NCBI GenBank assembly: GCA_903836515.1
Contig: CAILQW010000048.1
Coordinates: forward strand, 316-64,315
Direction: 5' to 3'
Length of the DNA: 64,000 nt
Source of the DNA: Candidatus Omnitrophota bacterium
GTDB lineage: Bacteria > Omnitrophota > Gorgyraeia > Zapsychrales > Fredricksoniimonadaceae
A program made the translations under genes and the position numbers. The notes beneath the pieces were generated by a model that saw only the letters and a program-made list of their open reading frames with translations, made no database searches and was not told where the DNA came from. Every line of letters begins with the position of its first letter. Positions within the stretch are counted from its first letter, which is position 1. Below, piece by piece: positions 27,245-36,823 of the stretch.

Positions 27245-29242
27245 ATGGCCATCAGCCCCGCTGAGAGTCAACAGGACCAGCCGCACGAGGCGTCCGGGAG
27301 TGCCGGCGCCTCGTCCGGAGCATCGCCCAGGAAAGTGGCATTGGTCGGTTTGCCCAATACCGGCAAGACTCAGGTTTTTAACAACCTCACGGGCGAATAC
27401 GGCCTTGTTGCCAATTATCCCGGCACAACCATTGACATAAGAAGGTCGTTGGTCACGATCAAGGCGCAGCGTTACGAGATCATCGATACGCCGGGCCTGC
27501 GCTCGCTTTATATCCATTCAGAAGAAGAGGTCGCGGTCCGCGACATGATCTTTTTTGAAAAACCGGATATCATTGTTCAGTGCATTGATGCCAGTCAGTA
27601 CAAACAATCGTTGTTATTGACGGCAGAACTCCTGGAGCTCGGGATTCCCATGGTCCTGGTGCTTAATGCGATGGATGACATGTCGCGCCATGGCCTGGGC
27701 GTCGACGCAGCCCAGCTGGAAAAGATCCTGGCTGTCCCGGTGGCAGGGTCTGTGGCCTTGCACGGGTTGGGCCAAGAAGATCTCACGGCAGTCATTGGCA
27801 AGGCTAAAAAAGGCAGGCGGGATGTTACATACGGCGTCAAGATCGAGAACAGCCTCCGTGAGCTGGCTTTAGCGCTGCCCTTTGACCTGGAATTCAAGCA
27901 CAAGATCGCCACGCTGCTTTTGCAGAATGATCCTTTCCTCGAAAAGTTCCTGGAGAATAAATTCGGCACTGAAAAACTTGCTCCTGCACGGGCAGTGTTG
28001 AATGCGGTCCGCCACCAGGTCAAGGGGAACCTGCGGCAGATCATCAGCGACCGGCGCAACCAATGGGTTGACACTGTTGCCGCCGCTGTGCTGAAAAAAC
28101 AGGAAGGGGTCCGCCAGGGGCTTTCTTTCCATCTTACCCAGGCGAGCCGTCAGCCTCTGTTGGGGATACCCATCTTTTTGTTCCTCATGGCCGTTGTGTA
28201 TCTGGCGGTGGTGTATGTTTCGGGGGCGCTGGATAAATTCATCAATTTCATCGCGGTGACGCCCGTGACGCGGTTTATCACATCGTTTTCCCTACCGGCA
28301 TTCTGGAATGACCTTTTGATCGGCAATCACGGAATCCTGACGCTCGGACTTTTTAACGCCATATGCACGGTGCTGCCCATCCTGTCGGTTTTCTTCTTCA
28401 TTTTCGGTTGTTTTGAAGACAGCGGGTATATCACCAACTTTACGGTTTTGACCAAAAATGTCTTTGAAAAGATCGGCATCCCGGGCAACGCCATCACGTC
28501 GCTGGTCCTGGGGTTTGGCTGCAAGACCATGGCGACGTTGAGCACCCGTAGCCTGACCATCCGCAAGGAACAATACATTGCTGTCTTCCTGATCGCGTTC
28601 GCGATACCCTGCTCGGCACAGCTGGGCATTTCCATGGCCATTCTGGCGCGTGTGGGCTTAAGCGCTTTTGTTATTGTTTTTGCGGCACTGGTCGTGTGTG
28701 AAGTGGGTGCCGGGCTTTTCCTGAATACGATCATCAAGGGCAAAGAGGCGAGCTGGTTCATCCAGGTGATACCGCCCTTGCGTTTCCCGAGCCTGCGGGC
28801 GGTTTCCCGCAAGACCTATCACCGCATCCTTGATTTCCTGAAAGAGGCTTTGCCTATTTTTCTCCTCTCGGCGGTAGGGCTTTTTATTTTCGAGAAGACC
28901 GGCTTGCTGGCCATGACCAAACAGGCCATGACCCCCATGATCGTCAACTGGATGGGGCTGCCCAAGGACATCATTGATGTGTTCCTCCTGGCCCTGGCGC
29001 GGCGCGAGGCGGCGGCCGGGCTTATCCTCAAGATGGTCGACTCGGGCGCTTTGACGTATGTCCAATCCATCCTTGCGGTGGTCGTGACAACGATTTCTTT
29101 CCCCTGCGTGGCGAATGTCATTGCCATCGGCAGGGAGATGGGCTGGAAAACAGCGGTGATCATGACGGCGCTGATTTTTGTATCGTCGTTCCTCCTCGTG
29201 GGGGGGCTGCGCTGGATATTGGTCTTGTTTCTGGGGCATTGA
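27245..29242 (+). CDS. feoB: Ferrous iron transporter FeoB
   Basis: G-domain motif G1 (VALVGLPNTGKT); multi-TM C-terminal permease; about 30-aa N-terminal extension. Confidence 0.85.
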   Translation: MAISPAESQQDQPHEASGSAGASSGASPRKVALVGLPNTGKTQVFNNLTGEYGLVANYPGTTIDIRRSLVTIKAQRYEIIDTPGLRSLYIHSEEEVAVRDMIFFEKPDIIVQCIDASQYKQSLLLTAELLELGIPMVLVLNAMDDMSRHGLGVDAAQLEKILAVPVAGSVALHGLGQEDLTAVIGKAKKGRRDVTYGVKIENSLRELALALPFDLEFKHKIATLLLQNDPFLEKFLENKFGTEKLAPARAVLNAVRHQVKGNLRQIISDRRNQWVDTVAAAVLKKQEGVRQGLSFHLTQASRQPLLGIPIFLFLMAVVYLAVVYVSGALDKFINFIAVTPVTRFITSFSLPAFWNDLLIGNHGILTLGLFNAICTVLPILSVFFFIFGCFEDSGYITNFTVLTKNVFEKIGIPGNAITSLVLGFGCKTMATLSTRSLTIRKEQYIAVFLIAFAIPCSAQLGISMAILARVGLSAFVIVFAALVVCEVGAGLFLNTIIKGKEASWFIQVIPPLRFPSLRAVSRKTYHRILDFLKEALPIFLLSAVGLFIFEKTGLLAMTKQAMTPMIVNWMGLPKDIIDVFLLALARREAAAGLILKMVDSGALTYVQSILAVVVTTISFPCVANVIAIGREMGWKTAVIMTALIFVSSFLLVGGLRWILVLFLGH

Positions 29243-29282
29243 TCCTGCTGATGCCGGGATCAGGAAAGGTAGTGGAACGAGC

Positions 29283-30044
29283 ATGCCGATGATGAGGAAT
29301 GTCGAGCAGGATGAACATATTGAACAGCTATGGTATATGAAAGAGCAGAACGTTGCCGCCATGGACTTCTTGAAGAAAGCCATGGAGCATGCTTTTGATC
29401 CGAAGATCATCGAGGGACTGGTTGAGATCGGATGGGTTGATATGGCCGCGGACGGCTTGACGGTCAGGCTGACAGAAGCCGGGGAGGCCCGTGCCCGTCA
29501 GCTGATCAGGGCACACCGTTTGGCGGAACGGCTCATTGCCGATGTCCTGGGCGGGGGGGATCTGGAAGCTATTGCCTGCGAGTTCGAACATATCGTGTCC
29601 CCGGAGCTTGTCAACGGGATATGTACGCTGTTAGGCCATCCTAAAGAATGTCCGCATGGCATGCCGATCCCGGAGGGCGACTGTTGTAAGTTGGCGCATA
29701 AGTCTGCGCTTAGCCTCATCATCCCGTTGACGGACCTTAAGCCCGGGGAGAGCGCCCGGATCGCCTACATTAATTGCCGCAATGACCAGCAGATCCACAA
29801 ACTGGAGGGGCTGTGCATACGCCCGGGTGTTATTGTAAAACTTCATCAGGATTTTCCTACCTATGTGATCGAATGTGAAGGGGCCAGCATTGCCCTGGAT
29901 AAAGGAGTTGTCGCCAATATATCTGTTTGGAAGAATCCCCGGGGGAATGACCTTGCGGGAGCGGACAAGGTCCCCGGGAAGGAGGCACATCCGGGTGCCC
30001 TGAAGAAATTTGTTGATGCTTTCTTCAGCCGGAAGACAGGCTAA
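29283..30044 (+). CDS. DtxR/IdeR-family metal-dependent transcriptional regulator with a C-terminal FeoA/SH3-like domain
   Basis: AHRLAERLIADVLGG...CEFEHIVSPEL...HGMPIPEG aligns with the DtxR dimerisation and metal-binding region; C-terminal SH3-like fold (ESARIAYINCRNDQQIHKLEGLCIRPGVIV); start chosen at ATG 29283. Confidence 0.7.
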   Translation: MPMMRNVEQDEHIEQLWYMKEQNVAAMDFLKKAMEHAFDPKIIEGLVEIGWVDMAADGLTVRLTEAGEARARQLIRAHRLAERLIADVLGGGDLEAIACEFEHIVSPELVNGICTLLGHPKECPHGMPIPEGDCCKLAHKSALSLIIPLTDLKPGESARIAYINCRNDQQIHKLEGLCIRPGVIVKLHQDFPTYVIECEGASIALDKGVVANISVWKNPRGNDLAGADKVPGKEAHPGALKKFVDAFFSRKTG

Positions 30045-30072
30045 CGATGCCATCATGATCCAGGGGGAGGGT

Positions 30073-30294
30073 ATGAACAAGGCGCGGTTATTGGTGTGGG
30101 GCAATGTCCTTTTGTTTATCTTCTTTATTTTCCAGGTTATTACCAGCGGGGTGCTTTTCTTTGTCGTCATGCCCAAGGATGTGGAGCGGGTGATCTATCT
30201 CATCCATGCCTACAGTGGTGCCCTGATGCTTCTTTGTGTGATGGCGCATATCGCGCTGCATTGGCGTATGATCAAACACGTTTATTTTGAATAG
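30073..30294 (+). CDS. Small two-TM membrane protein, hypothetical
   Basis: MNKARLLVWGNVLLFIFFIFQV...; RBS GGGGGAGGG. Confidence 0.35.
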   Translation: MNKARLLVWGNVLLFIFFIFQVITSGVLFFVVMPKDVERVIYLIHAYSGALMLLCVMAHIALHWRMIKHVYFE

Positions 30295-30304
30295 GTGTTT
30301 TCAG

Positions 30305-30853
30305 ATGAAAAGGACGTGGGGATACCGGTTGGGAACGATCGCGGCCTTGGCGTATTTTTTCTTCGCGAGGGATATGGGGCGCCCTGATGCGGTGGCTGGT
30401 GCGACCCGCAGGGCCGCGCCATTGCGGGCCCCGGCGCCGCAGCCGGATATGTCTTCACTGCCGGCGCCCATGACAACGCCTGCCGTTAAAGCGACGCCCC
30501 CGCCCGTTCCCGCGCCTGTGCCGCCGGAGCCGGAGCAACCGCTCGTAGCGGCCCCTCAGGCTCAGCGGTCTTCGCCGGTGGTTGTTCCTGGCCTTGCCGA
30601 TAACAAGGCCAACTACCGGACCTTTGAAGGCCGTGTGGAATCAGTCATGGATCAAGAGGATGGGCCCGGGCAGGTGGTGAGGATGGTCAATGCCTTCGGG
30701 GAACATTTCACATGTGTGTTCAGCCCGGAGACATTGGTTTATAGCGGTGAGGATCATGCGTTACCGGCAAAGCCCCTGGGGCCGGGAGACCGGATCTTTG
30801 TCCGGTATCTTTTGCACAAGGAAAATGCCGCCATCGAGGTGAGGATTGATTGA
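30305..30853 (+). CDS. Hypothetical Pro/Ala-rich secreted or membrane-anchored protein
   Basis: N-terminal hydrophobic segment, Pro-rich linker, then a C-terminal about 90-aa domain. Confidence 0.4.
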   Translation: MKRTWGYRLGTIAALAYFFFARDMGRPDAVAGATRRAAPLRAPAPQPDMSSLPAPMTTPAVKATPPPVPAPVPPEPEQPLVAAPQAQRSSPVVVPGLADNKANYRTFEGRVESVMDQEDGPGQVVRMVNAFGEHFTCVFSPETLVYSGEDHALPAKPLGPGDRIFVRYLLHKENAAIEVRID

Positions 30854-31739
30854 CATGATCCGGGAGTCCTGCTGCCTGATGGATACGGATGTGACCGTGG
30901 CGGTGGCGGGGCCGCGTGTGCCGGCGGCCGCGGCGGCCAGGGCGGCCCTTGCGCGCATGGGGGAGATCGCTGTCAAATTCAATGCGCTTGATCCTGAAAG
31001 TCCGTTGTATGCCTTCAATCACCGGGGCGAGCCTCTGGCGGATCCCGAGATCCTCGGGCTTGTTGCGCAGGGGTTGGAGATCAGCCGGGCTTCCGGGGGT
31101 GCCTTTGACATGACCGTTGTGCCGTTGTTGCGGCTTTGGGGTTTTTACAGCACCCCGCATGTGCCTGCGGACCGGGAAATCGCGGCGGCGCTGGCGTGCG
31201 TGGGGTACCGCCATCTCGGCTGGAAAGACGGGCAGTTGACCAAGGACGCTGCAGGTGTGCAGATCGGCCTGGGGGGTATCGCCAAGGGGTATGCGCTGGC
31301 TGAAGCGGCCCGGGTCCTCAGGGAGAATGGTACGGCTGGCGCGATCATTGACGCTGGCGGGGATATTTATGCGCTGGGCCGGCACGGGGCGCGTTGTTGG
31401 CATGTGGGGATCCGGAATCCTGCCGGTCCAGGGGTTGTCGGATCTGTGCGGGTGGCGGATACAGCGGTGATGGGGTCTGGCGATTACGAAAGATTTTTTA
31501 TCCGTGACGGGCGCAGGTATCATCATATCCTGGACCCGCATACCGGGTCTCCGACAGACGGTGTGGCGGCGGTGACGGTGATGGGGCCTGATCCGGTCGC
31601 GGCCCAGGCGTGGGCCAAGGTGCCTTTTGTCCTGGGGCATGAACAGGGCCTGGCGTTGATGGAGAAGGTTCCGGGGATGCGTGCTGTGGTCATTCTTTCT
31701 GGAGGTGATAAGGTCGCTTCGCGGGGAATGCGCCTGTAA
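30846..31739 (+). CDS. apbE: FAD:protein FMN transferase (ApbE family)
   Basis: GGIAKGYALAEAARVL and C-terminal ApbE motifs. Confidence 0.75.
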   Translation: MIDMIRESCCLMDTDVTVAVAGPRVPAAAAARAALARMGEIAVKFNALDPESPLYAFNHRGEPLADPEILGLVAQGLEISRASGGAFDMTVVPLLRLWGFYSTPHVPADREIAAALACVGYRHLGWKDGQLTKDAAGVQIGLGGIAKGYALAEAARVLRENGTAGAIIDAGGDIYALGRHGARCWHVGIRNPAGPGVVGSVRVADTAVMGSGDYERFFIRDGRRYHHILDPHTGSPTDGVAAVTVMGPDPVAAQAWAKVPFVLGHEQGLALMEKVPGMRAVVILSGGDKVASRGMRL

Positions 31740-31775
31740 TGGCGCGGGATTTTATGCGCAAGCGGGTAAAGGGGC

Positions 31776-33101
31776 ATGGCGGCATCACATTATCTGGAAT
31801 TAACCCATAAGATCACAGGCGCGTTTCTGCTCCTCGGGTTGGTCATCGCCCTTGCCGGGGGGGCGGGGCTTCATTATCTTGAGCGGGTCCGGGTCTACCA
31901 ACTTCAGTTCGAGGATGAATGGGCGGAATACCAGCGCATGGCGGCGGCCGAGGATGTCCTTAAGGAAATAACAACGGACATCGGCGCCTGGCAGGCGGGG
32001 GTATCTCCGGTGGCCCGATTGAAATCCCGCGCCGGGGCGATGACGCGGATATTGTATGCGTGGGCCCATGCCCCGCAGGAGGAAGAAAGGGGGCCCGGGC
32101 TTTCTGCCCATGAGCAAGAGGAGGCGCGGTTGCAGGGCCCCGCGCGGCATGCTTTCTTGCAGTTGACCCGGGCTATCACCGGCTTGCATCCCCATGCAAC
32201 CGCGTCGACGGCCGCCGGACTGATCAGCCTCATCGACCAGATGCAGGAGGCGAGTTATCCGCTGCGTCAGTTTTATTTTGAAAGCATGCAGGCGTCTTTG
32301 GCCAAAGCCCAGAAGGCCCGTGCCCGCGCGCAGCATGGCGGTGTTTATTTTATCCTGATCGTGGCGTTGCTCCTTTTGGGGATCGGTGTTTACAGCATCA
32401 GGGCGCTGCGCCGTCAGACCAGGCAGTTGATGGAGCAGGAGCGGCAGATAGCCCTGGTGGCGCTGGTGCAGCATCTGGCGCATGAGATCCGCAATCCTTT
32501 GGGGATCGTCAAGAGCGCGGCCAGCATCATTGCCCGGCGTTCCACCGGAGATGTGGCCGCGCTGGCCCATGACATTTCTTCGGAAGTGGAACGGGTTGAC
32601 GGCTTGCTCACGGACCTCTTGCATTTGCACCGCGGCGGCAATAAACCCATGGTCCCTGCGGATATCTCGGCCATGGTCCTGCGGGTGGCGGCGTTATTCG
32701 CCGTAAAACTGCATGAAGCGGGCCTGCGGCTGGATGTCCATGACAAGGCGCCTGGTGTCCTGTTGCCCTGTCATCCGGAAGCGCTCAAGCAGGCGGTGAT
32801 GAATTTGCTGCTTAACGCCATCGAAGCATCGGCCCCGGAAGGGGCCATTGAGATCACGCTGATGGCCGCCGGGCCTGAGTATATGATTCAGGTTCGGGAC
32901 TACGGCGTCGGGCTTGATCCTCAACAACGGCAAAAGATCTTTGAGCTGATGTATACGACCAAGCCCTACGGTTTCGGGATCGGCTTGACCGTGGTCAAGC
33001 GCATGGTGGAACATCACGGCGGCAGGATCGTTGTCAGCCATCCGCCGCCGAAGGGGACGGCTTTTACGATCTATCTACCCGTGAGGAGGCAACATGCCTG
33101 A
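31776..33101 (+). CDS. Sensor histidine kinase
   Basis: H-box HLAHEIRNPLGIV; N, G1 and G2 boxes (LLLNAIEAS, RDYGVGLD, GFGIGL); N-terminal TM segments. Confidence 0.8.
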   Translation: MAASHYLELTHKITGAFLLLGLVIALAGGAGLHYLERVRVYQLQFEDEWAEYQRMAAAEDVLKEITTDIGAWQAGVSPVARLKSRAGAMTRILYAWAHAPQEEERGPGLSAHEQEEARLQGPARHAFLQLTRAITGLHPHATASTAAGLISLIDQMQEASYPLRQFYFESMQASLAKAQKARARAQHGGVYFILIVALLLLGIGVYSIRALRRQTRQLMEQERQIALVALVQHLAHEIRNPLGIVKSAASIIARRSTGDVAALAHDISSEVERVDGLLTDLLHLHRGGNKPMVPADISAMVLRVAALFAVKLHEAGLRLDVHDKAPGVLLPCHPEALKQAVMNLLLNAIEASAPEGAIEITLMAAGPEYMIQVRDYGVGLDPQQRQKIFELMYTTKPYGFGIGLTVVKRMVEHHGGRIVVSHPPPKGTAFTIYLPVRRQHA

Positions 33102-33633
33102 CATGCTGATCGTTGACGATGAACCCCGCTTGTTGCGCGTGCTGCGCCTGGGCCTGCCTGAATACGGGTTTAATGTGTTGACCGCTGCTCATGGCCAGGA
33201 TGCGTTGAAGGTCCTTTTTGACAAACACGTGGACGTGGTGGTGACCGATGTGCGGATGCCGGTCATGGACGGCGTGGAGCTTATTTATGAGATGGAGCGC
33301 CTGGGGATCGGCGTGCCCATCGTTGTAACGACCGCTTACGCTGATGTGGACACGGCGGTGAAAACCCTGAAACACGGGGCGTGTGATTATATCCGCAAGC
33401 CCTTCAGTGTCGAGGAGCTTGTCCAGTCTGTCAGGCATGTCATGCAGAAGATGCCTGCCGCCGAAGCCTCTGCCGCCGTTGATTTTGACCTTCAGTCCCA
33501 GGTGGACACCAAAGAAAAGGAAGCGATCCGTAAGGCCCTCAAGGCCGCCCATGGTGTGAAAGCGGAGGCGGCGCGCTTGCTGGGCATTTCCGAGCGCAAC
33601 CTGTGGTATAAGCTTAAGAAGTACGGCCTTTGA
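33094..33633 (+). CDS. Response regulator: receiver domain plus Fis-type HTH, lacking a sigma-54 AAA+ module
   Basis: REC (LIVDDEP...DVVVTDVRMP) and C-terminal Fis HTH (AEAARLLGISERNLWYKLKKYGL); only 179 aa. Confidence 0.8.
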   Translation: MPDMLIVDDEPRLLRVLRLGLPEYGFNVLTAAHGQDALKVLFDKHVDVVVTDVRMPVMDGVELIYEMERLGIGVPIVVTTAYADVDTAVKTLKHGACDYIRKPFSVEELVQSVRHVMQKMPAAEASAAVDFDLQSQVDTKEKEAIRKALKAAHGVKAEAARLLGISERNLWYKLKKYGL

Positions 33634-33771
33634 GCCGTTCCTGCAAGATATTGCGCGGTTCAGGCCTTCTGTTGCAATTTTATGCGTTCCCGGGGCTTCT
33701 GTAGTCTGGGTTTTTTCTGCTTTTCTCCAGCCGTGTGTGGATAATAACAGCATTAACCGCAGGAGAACATC

Positions 33772-34650
33772 ATGGACAAGAATGTTTTGATCGCCGGCGT
33801 TGGCGGGGTGCTGGGCCGGGAACTGGTGGATGCTTTTATCAGCAAGGGGATACGTCCTGCCGGGTTGTCGCTCCTGGAGCGGGAATTCAACGGCCTGGAC
33901 GGGAAGTTGTCTTCCAAAAGGCTGGCCGATGTCACCAAGCCTCAAACACTTCATGGCGTGTGTGCCGGCGTTGATATGGTGGTATCGGTCATCGGCATCA
34001 CGCGCATCCGCGGCAAGCTGACGCACGTGGATGTTGATTATCAGGGGAACATGAATCTCCTGGCCGAGGCCAGGCGGGCCGGGGTCAGGAAGTTCGTGTT
34101 CATTTCTCCCGCCGGGACTGACCGGGGCGCCAGCCAGGGGGTGCCGCTCATGGAAGCGAAATTCAGGTTTGAAGAAGCGTTGAAACAGAGCGGTCTCGAC
34201 TGGGTCATTGTCCGTTCCGGCGGATTTATGGCGGATTTTGTGGGCATGGCCGAACTTGCCCGTAAAGGCCCGCTGTATCTTATCGGTGCCGGCCATGTCG
34301 TTTCCACGCCCATTGACGTCGGCGAGCTTGCGGCTTTCATGGCGGAAGATGCCCTGTGCCTCTCGCATGCCTACACATCCATCGGCGGGCCCCAGGACAT
34401 GACATGGCGCGAGATCTACGGGGCATGTGCCGGTGTTTGGGGCAAGCCATGCCGTACCGTAGCCATGCCGGTGTGGCTGTGCCATGCCGTGCTGGCCTGC
34501 CTGCGCCCTTTCTTTTTCCAATACTACGCCCTTGGCAAGCTTCTGGTTTTCTTTTCGGTCAACAGTGTCCCCACCGTACGCCGCGGGAAGACGGACCTTA
34601 AGACGTATTTAGAGCGGCATTACAGCGGGAAGAGTTCATGCCTGTCCTGA
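33772..34650 (+). CDS. NAD(P)-binding SDR/NmrA-like oxidoreductase
   Basis: Rossmann motif VLIAGVGGVLGRELV. Confidence 0.7.
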   Translation: MDKNVLIAGVGGVLGRELVDAFISKGIRPAGLSLLEREFNGLDGKLSSKRLADVTKPQTLHGVCAGVDMVVSVIGITRIRGKLTHVDVDYQGNMNLLAEARRAGVRKFVFISPAGTDRGASQGVPLMEAKFRFEEALKQSGLDWVIVRSGGFMADFVGMAELARKGPLYLIGAGHVVSTPIDVGELAAFMAEDALCLSHAYTSIGGPQDMTWREIYGACAGVWGKPCRTVAMPVWLCHAVLACLRPFFFQYYALGKLLVFFSVNSVPTVRRGKTDLKTYLERHYSGKSSCLS

Positions 34651-35672
34651 ATCTGGCCCATGCGTTTGCGGCGAACAAGGTCTTGCGGACCTCCTTCCGC
34701 GAGTGCTGTGCCTGCCTGAAGGATGTGGAAAAGGCCGGCAGTTCTGTGCTGATCTCTTCCTTGTTCACGCCCGAAGAGTTCGTGATCAGCGCGGCATCCC
34801 TGCCGCTGGACATGTACCTGCCGCACCGCAATTTTTTCTCGACGCTTTTTCAGGCGGTGTACGCGTTCCTCAAGATCCCCCAGGACCGCCGGATGTTTTA
34901 TGGCCGGCTCAACTACCTTTTTCGTGTCTGGGTCACATCGGCGGACAATCTCCTGGACGGTGAAGACAAGATTTCGCTGGCGGTCAAAATGCCGGTGGAT
35001 TCGCGGGTCATGCGCCAGGTGGTGGTCATCATGGCCGCAGACCGGATCCTCGCGCGTTTCCTGGATGATGCGGTCCTGGAGGGGGTCGTCACCCGGGAGG
35101 AGGCGCGTCTTGTTTCCGACGGGACGCTGCAGGTCCTTCTTCCCAGCGCCGCGGAAGAGGCGTCGGAAGAGAAGGGTGTGGCCGAGCGCCCTTCCCCCGA
35201 ATATGTTTTAAATACGATCCATCAGCTGAAGACAGGCCTTTTGTTCCATCTGCCGCTTTTTGGGCCGGAACGGATCGAGAAAGACCTCGACGGCAAGGTA
35301 TTCGCCGCCTGCCGCCAGGGGCTTGGCCAGTTCGGGCTGGGGTGTCAGCTGCTGGATGATGTGAGGGACCTGGCCCGCGACCATGTCGAGCGGCGGCATA
35401 ATTACGGGCTCTCCCTGATGGCGCATCAGTCTCCGTCAGCCTTCAGGCGCCTGGAGGCCATGGGCAGCGCCCTGCCGGTGGACATGCCGATATTCCAGCA
35501 GTTTGCTGACGAGATGCGGCCTGTGGCGCGCCTGGCGTATGGGCATATGATCGAGGGGCTGAGCCATCTGAATGATTGCGGCCTGGGCCTGGGGCCGGAG
35601 CCGTCGCGTGCGTTGGCGTTGTGGATGTTCAAGGCCCTGGATGTCGAGAAGGCGAAGGCGTGGCTGGCATGA
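34638..35672 (+). CDS. Isoprenoid-synthase-fold protein (polyprenyl synthetase-like), uncertain
   Basis: Asp-rich motifs ADNLLDGED and LLDDVRDLARD in an all-helical protein. Confidence 0.4.
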   Translation: MPVLNLAHAFAANKVLRTSFRECCACLKDVEKAGSSVLISSLFTPEEFVISAASLPLDMYLPHRNFFSTLFQAVYAFLKIPQDRRMFYGRLNYLFRVWVTSADNLLDGEDKISLAVKMPVDSRVMRQVVVIMAADRILARFLDDAVLEGVVTREEARLVSDGTLQVLLPSAAEEASEEKGVAERPSPEYVLNTIHQLKTGLLFHLPLFGPERIEKDLDGKVFAACRQGLGQFGLGCQLLDDVRDLARDHVERRHNYGLSLMAHQSPSAFRRLEAMGSALPVDMPIFQQFADEMRPVARLAYGHMIEGLSHLNDCGLGLGPEPSRALALWMFKALDVEKAKAWLA

Positions 35673-35734
35673 GGGGGCGGGGTGTTTTCAGGTAATGGTC
35701 TTAAAAACGGATGCTCATGGGAAAAGGGGGATTT

Positions 35735-36361
35735 ATGAAGAAGTTTCTTTTAGGGATCCTGGTGATGCTGGCCATGGCCAGCGCGGGATGGGCGGCGCCC
35801 GTTCCGGCGGATGATGTGGTGGGGCAGAAGGTGGAAGCTTATTTTGGCGATGTCTTCGGCAAGCTCAAGCTGGCAGCGGACAGGCAGCCGGACTATCTGA
35901 CATTCCGTGATGCCATGAAGCCTGTGGTGGCCGGTGTTCCCGGGATCTTCGGGGGCTCTTTCATTGACAGCAACTGGGTCATCCGCCAGGTGCTCTTCCC
36001 GTCACATTTTCTCGCCCGGGGCTTTGACCTGAAGGGTGTCAAGGAATTGAAATATTTCCAGGCCAAATTGAAAGAAGCGCCCGGCCCCCAGCTTTCCGAG
36101 CCGGCGCACGGGAACATTGCCCAGCCGCGGCTGATCGCGATGCGTTATCCGGTCATCAAGGACGGCAAGGTCATCGGGCTTGTGTCGATGATGGTGCGCA
36201 CCCAGGCGTTCCTCAAGGCGGTGGGACTGGACCAGGCCAAGGCGTACAAGATCATCTGCCTGGGCAAGGAAGCCGAGGCGCAGGGTGTTCTGGGGAATCA
36301 TTATAAGGAGTTCAAATTGTTGCTTCCGGCCACAGAGTGGATCATCCAGTACAAGATGTGA
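35735..36361 (+). CDS. Secreted or lipoprotein-like hypothetical protein
   Basis: Signal peptide MKKFLLGILVMLAMASAGWA. Confidence 0.45.
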   Translation: MKKFLLGILVMLAMASAGWAAPVPADDVVGQKVEAYFGDVFGKLKLAADRQPDYLTFRDAMKPVVAGVPGIFGGSFIDSNWVIRQVLFPSHFLARGFDLKGVKELKYFQAKLKEAPGPQLSEPAHGNIAQPRLIAMRYPVIKDGKVIGLVSMMVRTQAFLKAVGLDQAKAYKIICLGKEAEAQGVLGNHYKEFKLLLPATEWIIQYKM

Positions 36362-36437
36362 GGCTCTGCCGTTGCCGGATTTGTGTTTGATGGATAGCGT
36401 GATAAGATAGCGCCATAGCAACCCTGGGAGGCGCCCG

Positions 36438-36692
36438 ATGACCTGGCATGTTTACATCCTTGAATGTTCCGGCGGCCGCCTGTATACGGGGGTGACCACG
36501 GATGTGGCACGCCGCCTGAAGGAACATCGGGCCGGCAAGGGCGCCAAGTTCACGCGGTCATTTGGCGCCGTCAAATTGCTCTATGCCCAGCCCTGTCCGG
36601 ACAAGAGCCATGCGCTGGTGCGCGAGGCCCAGATCAAGAAATGGCCGCGGGCCAGGAAGCTGGTGCTCGCCGCGGGGCCGGCGGCCCCCTGA
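36438..36692 (+). CDS. GIY-YIG nuclease-family small protein (UPF0213)
   Basis: VYILECSGGRLYTGVTTDVARRLKEH is the GIY-YIG motif. Confidence 0.7.
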   Translation: MTWHVYILECSGGRLYTGVTTDVARRLKEHRAGKGAKFTRSFGAVKLLYAQPCPDKSHALVREAQIKKWPRARKLVLAAGPAAP

Positions 36693-36823
36693 TATATTTC
36701 ACCTTGACGAAAAATAGGGTGTGGGCTATACTACCGGCTCTGTGCGGAAAAGGCGTTGCGCGAGGCAGTTGTTTCTGCCTGGTGGCGTAGTTTTTTTTCG
36801 ACGGAGAATGGCATCAGGACCCT

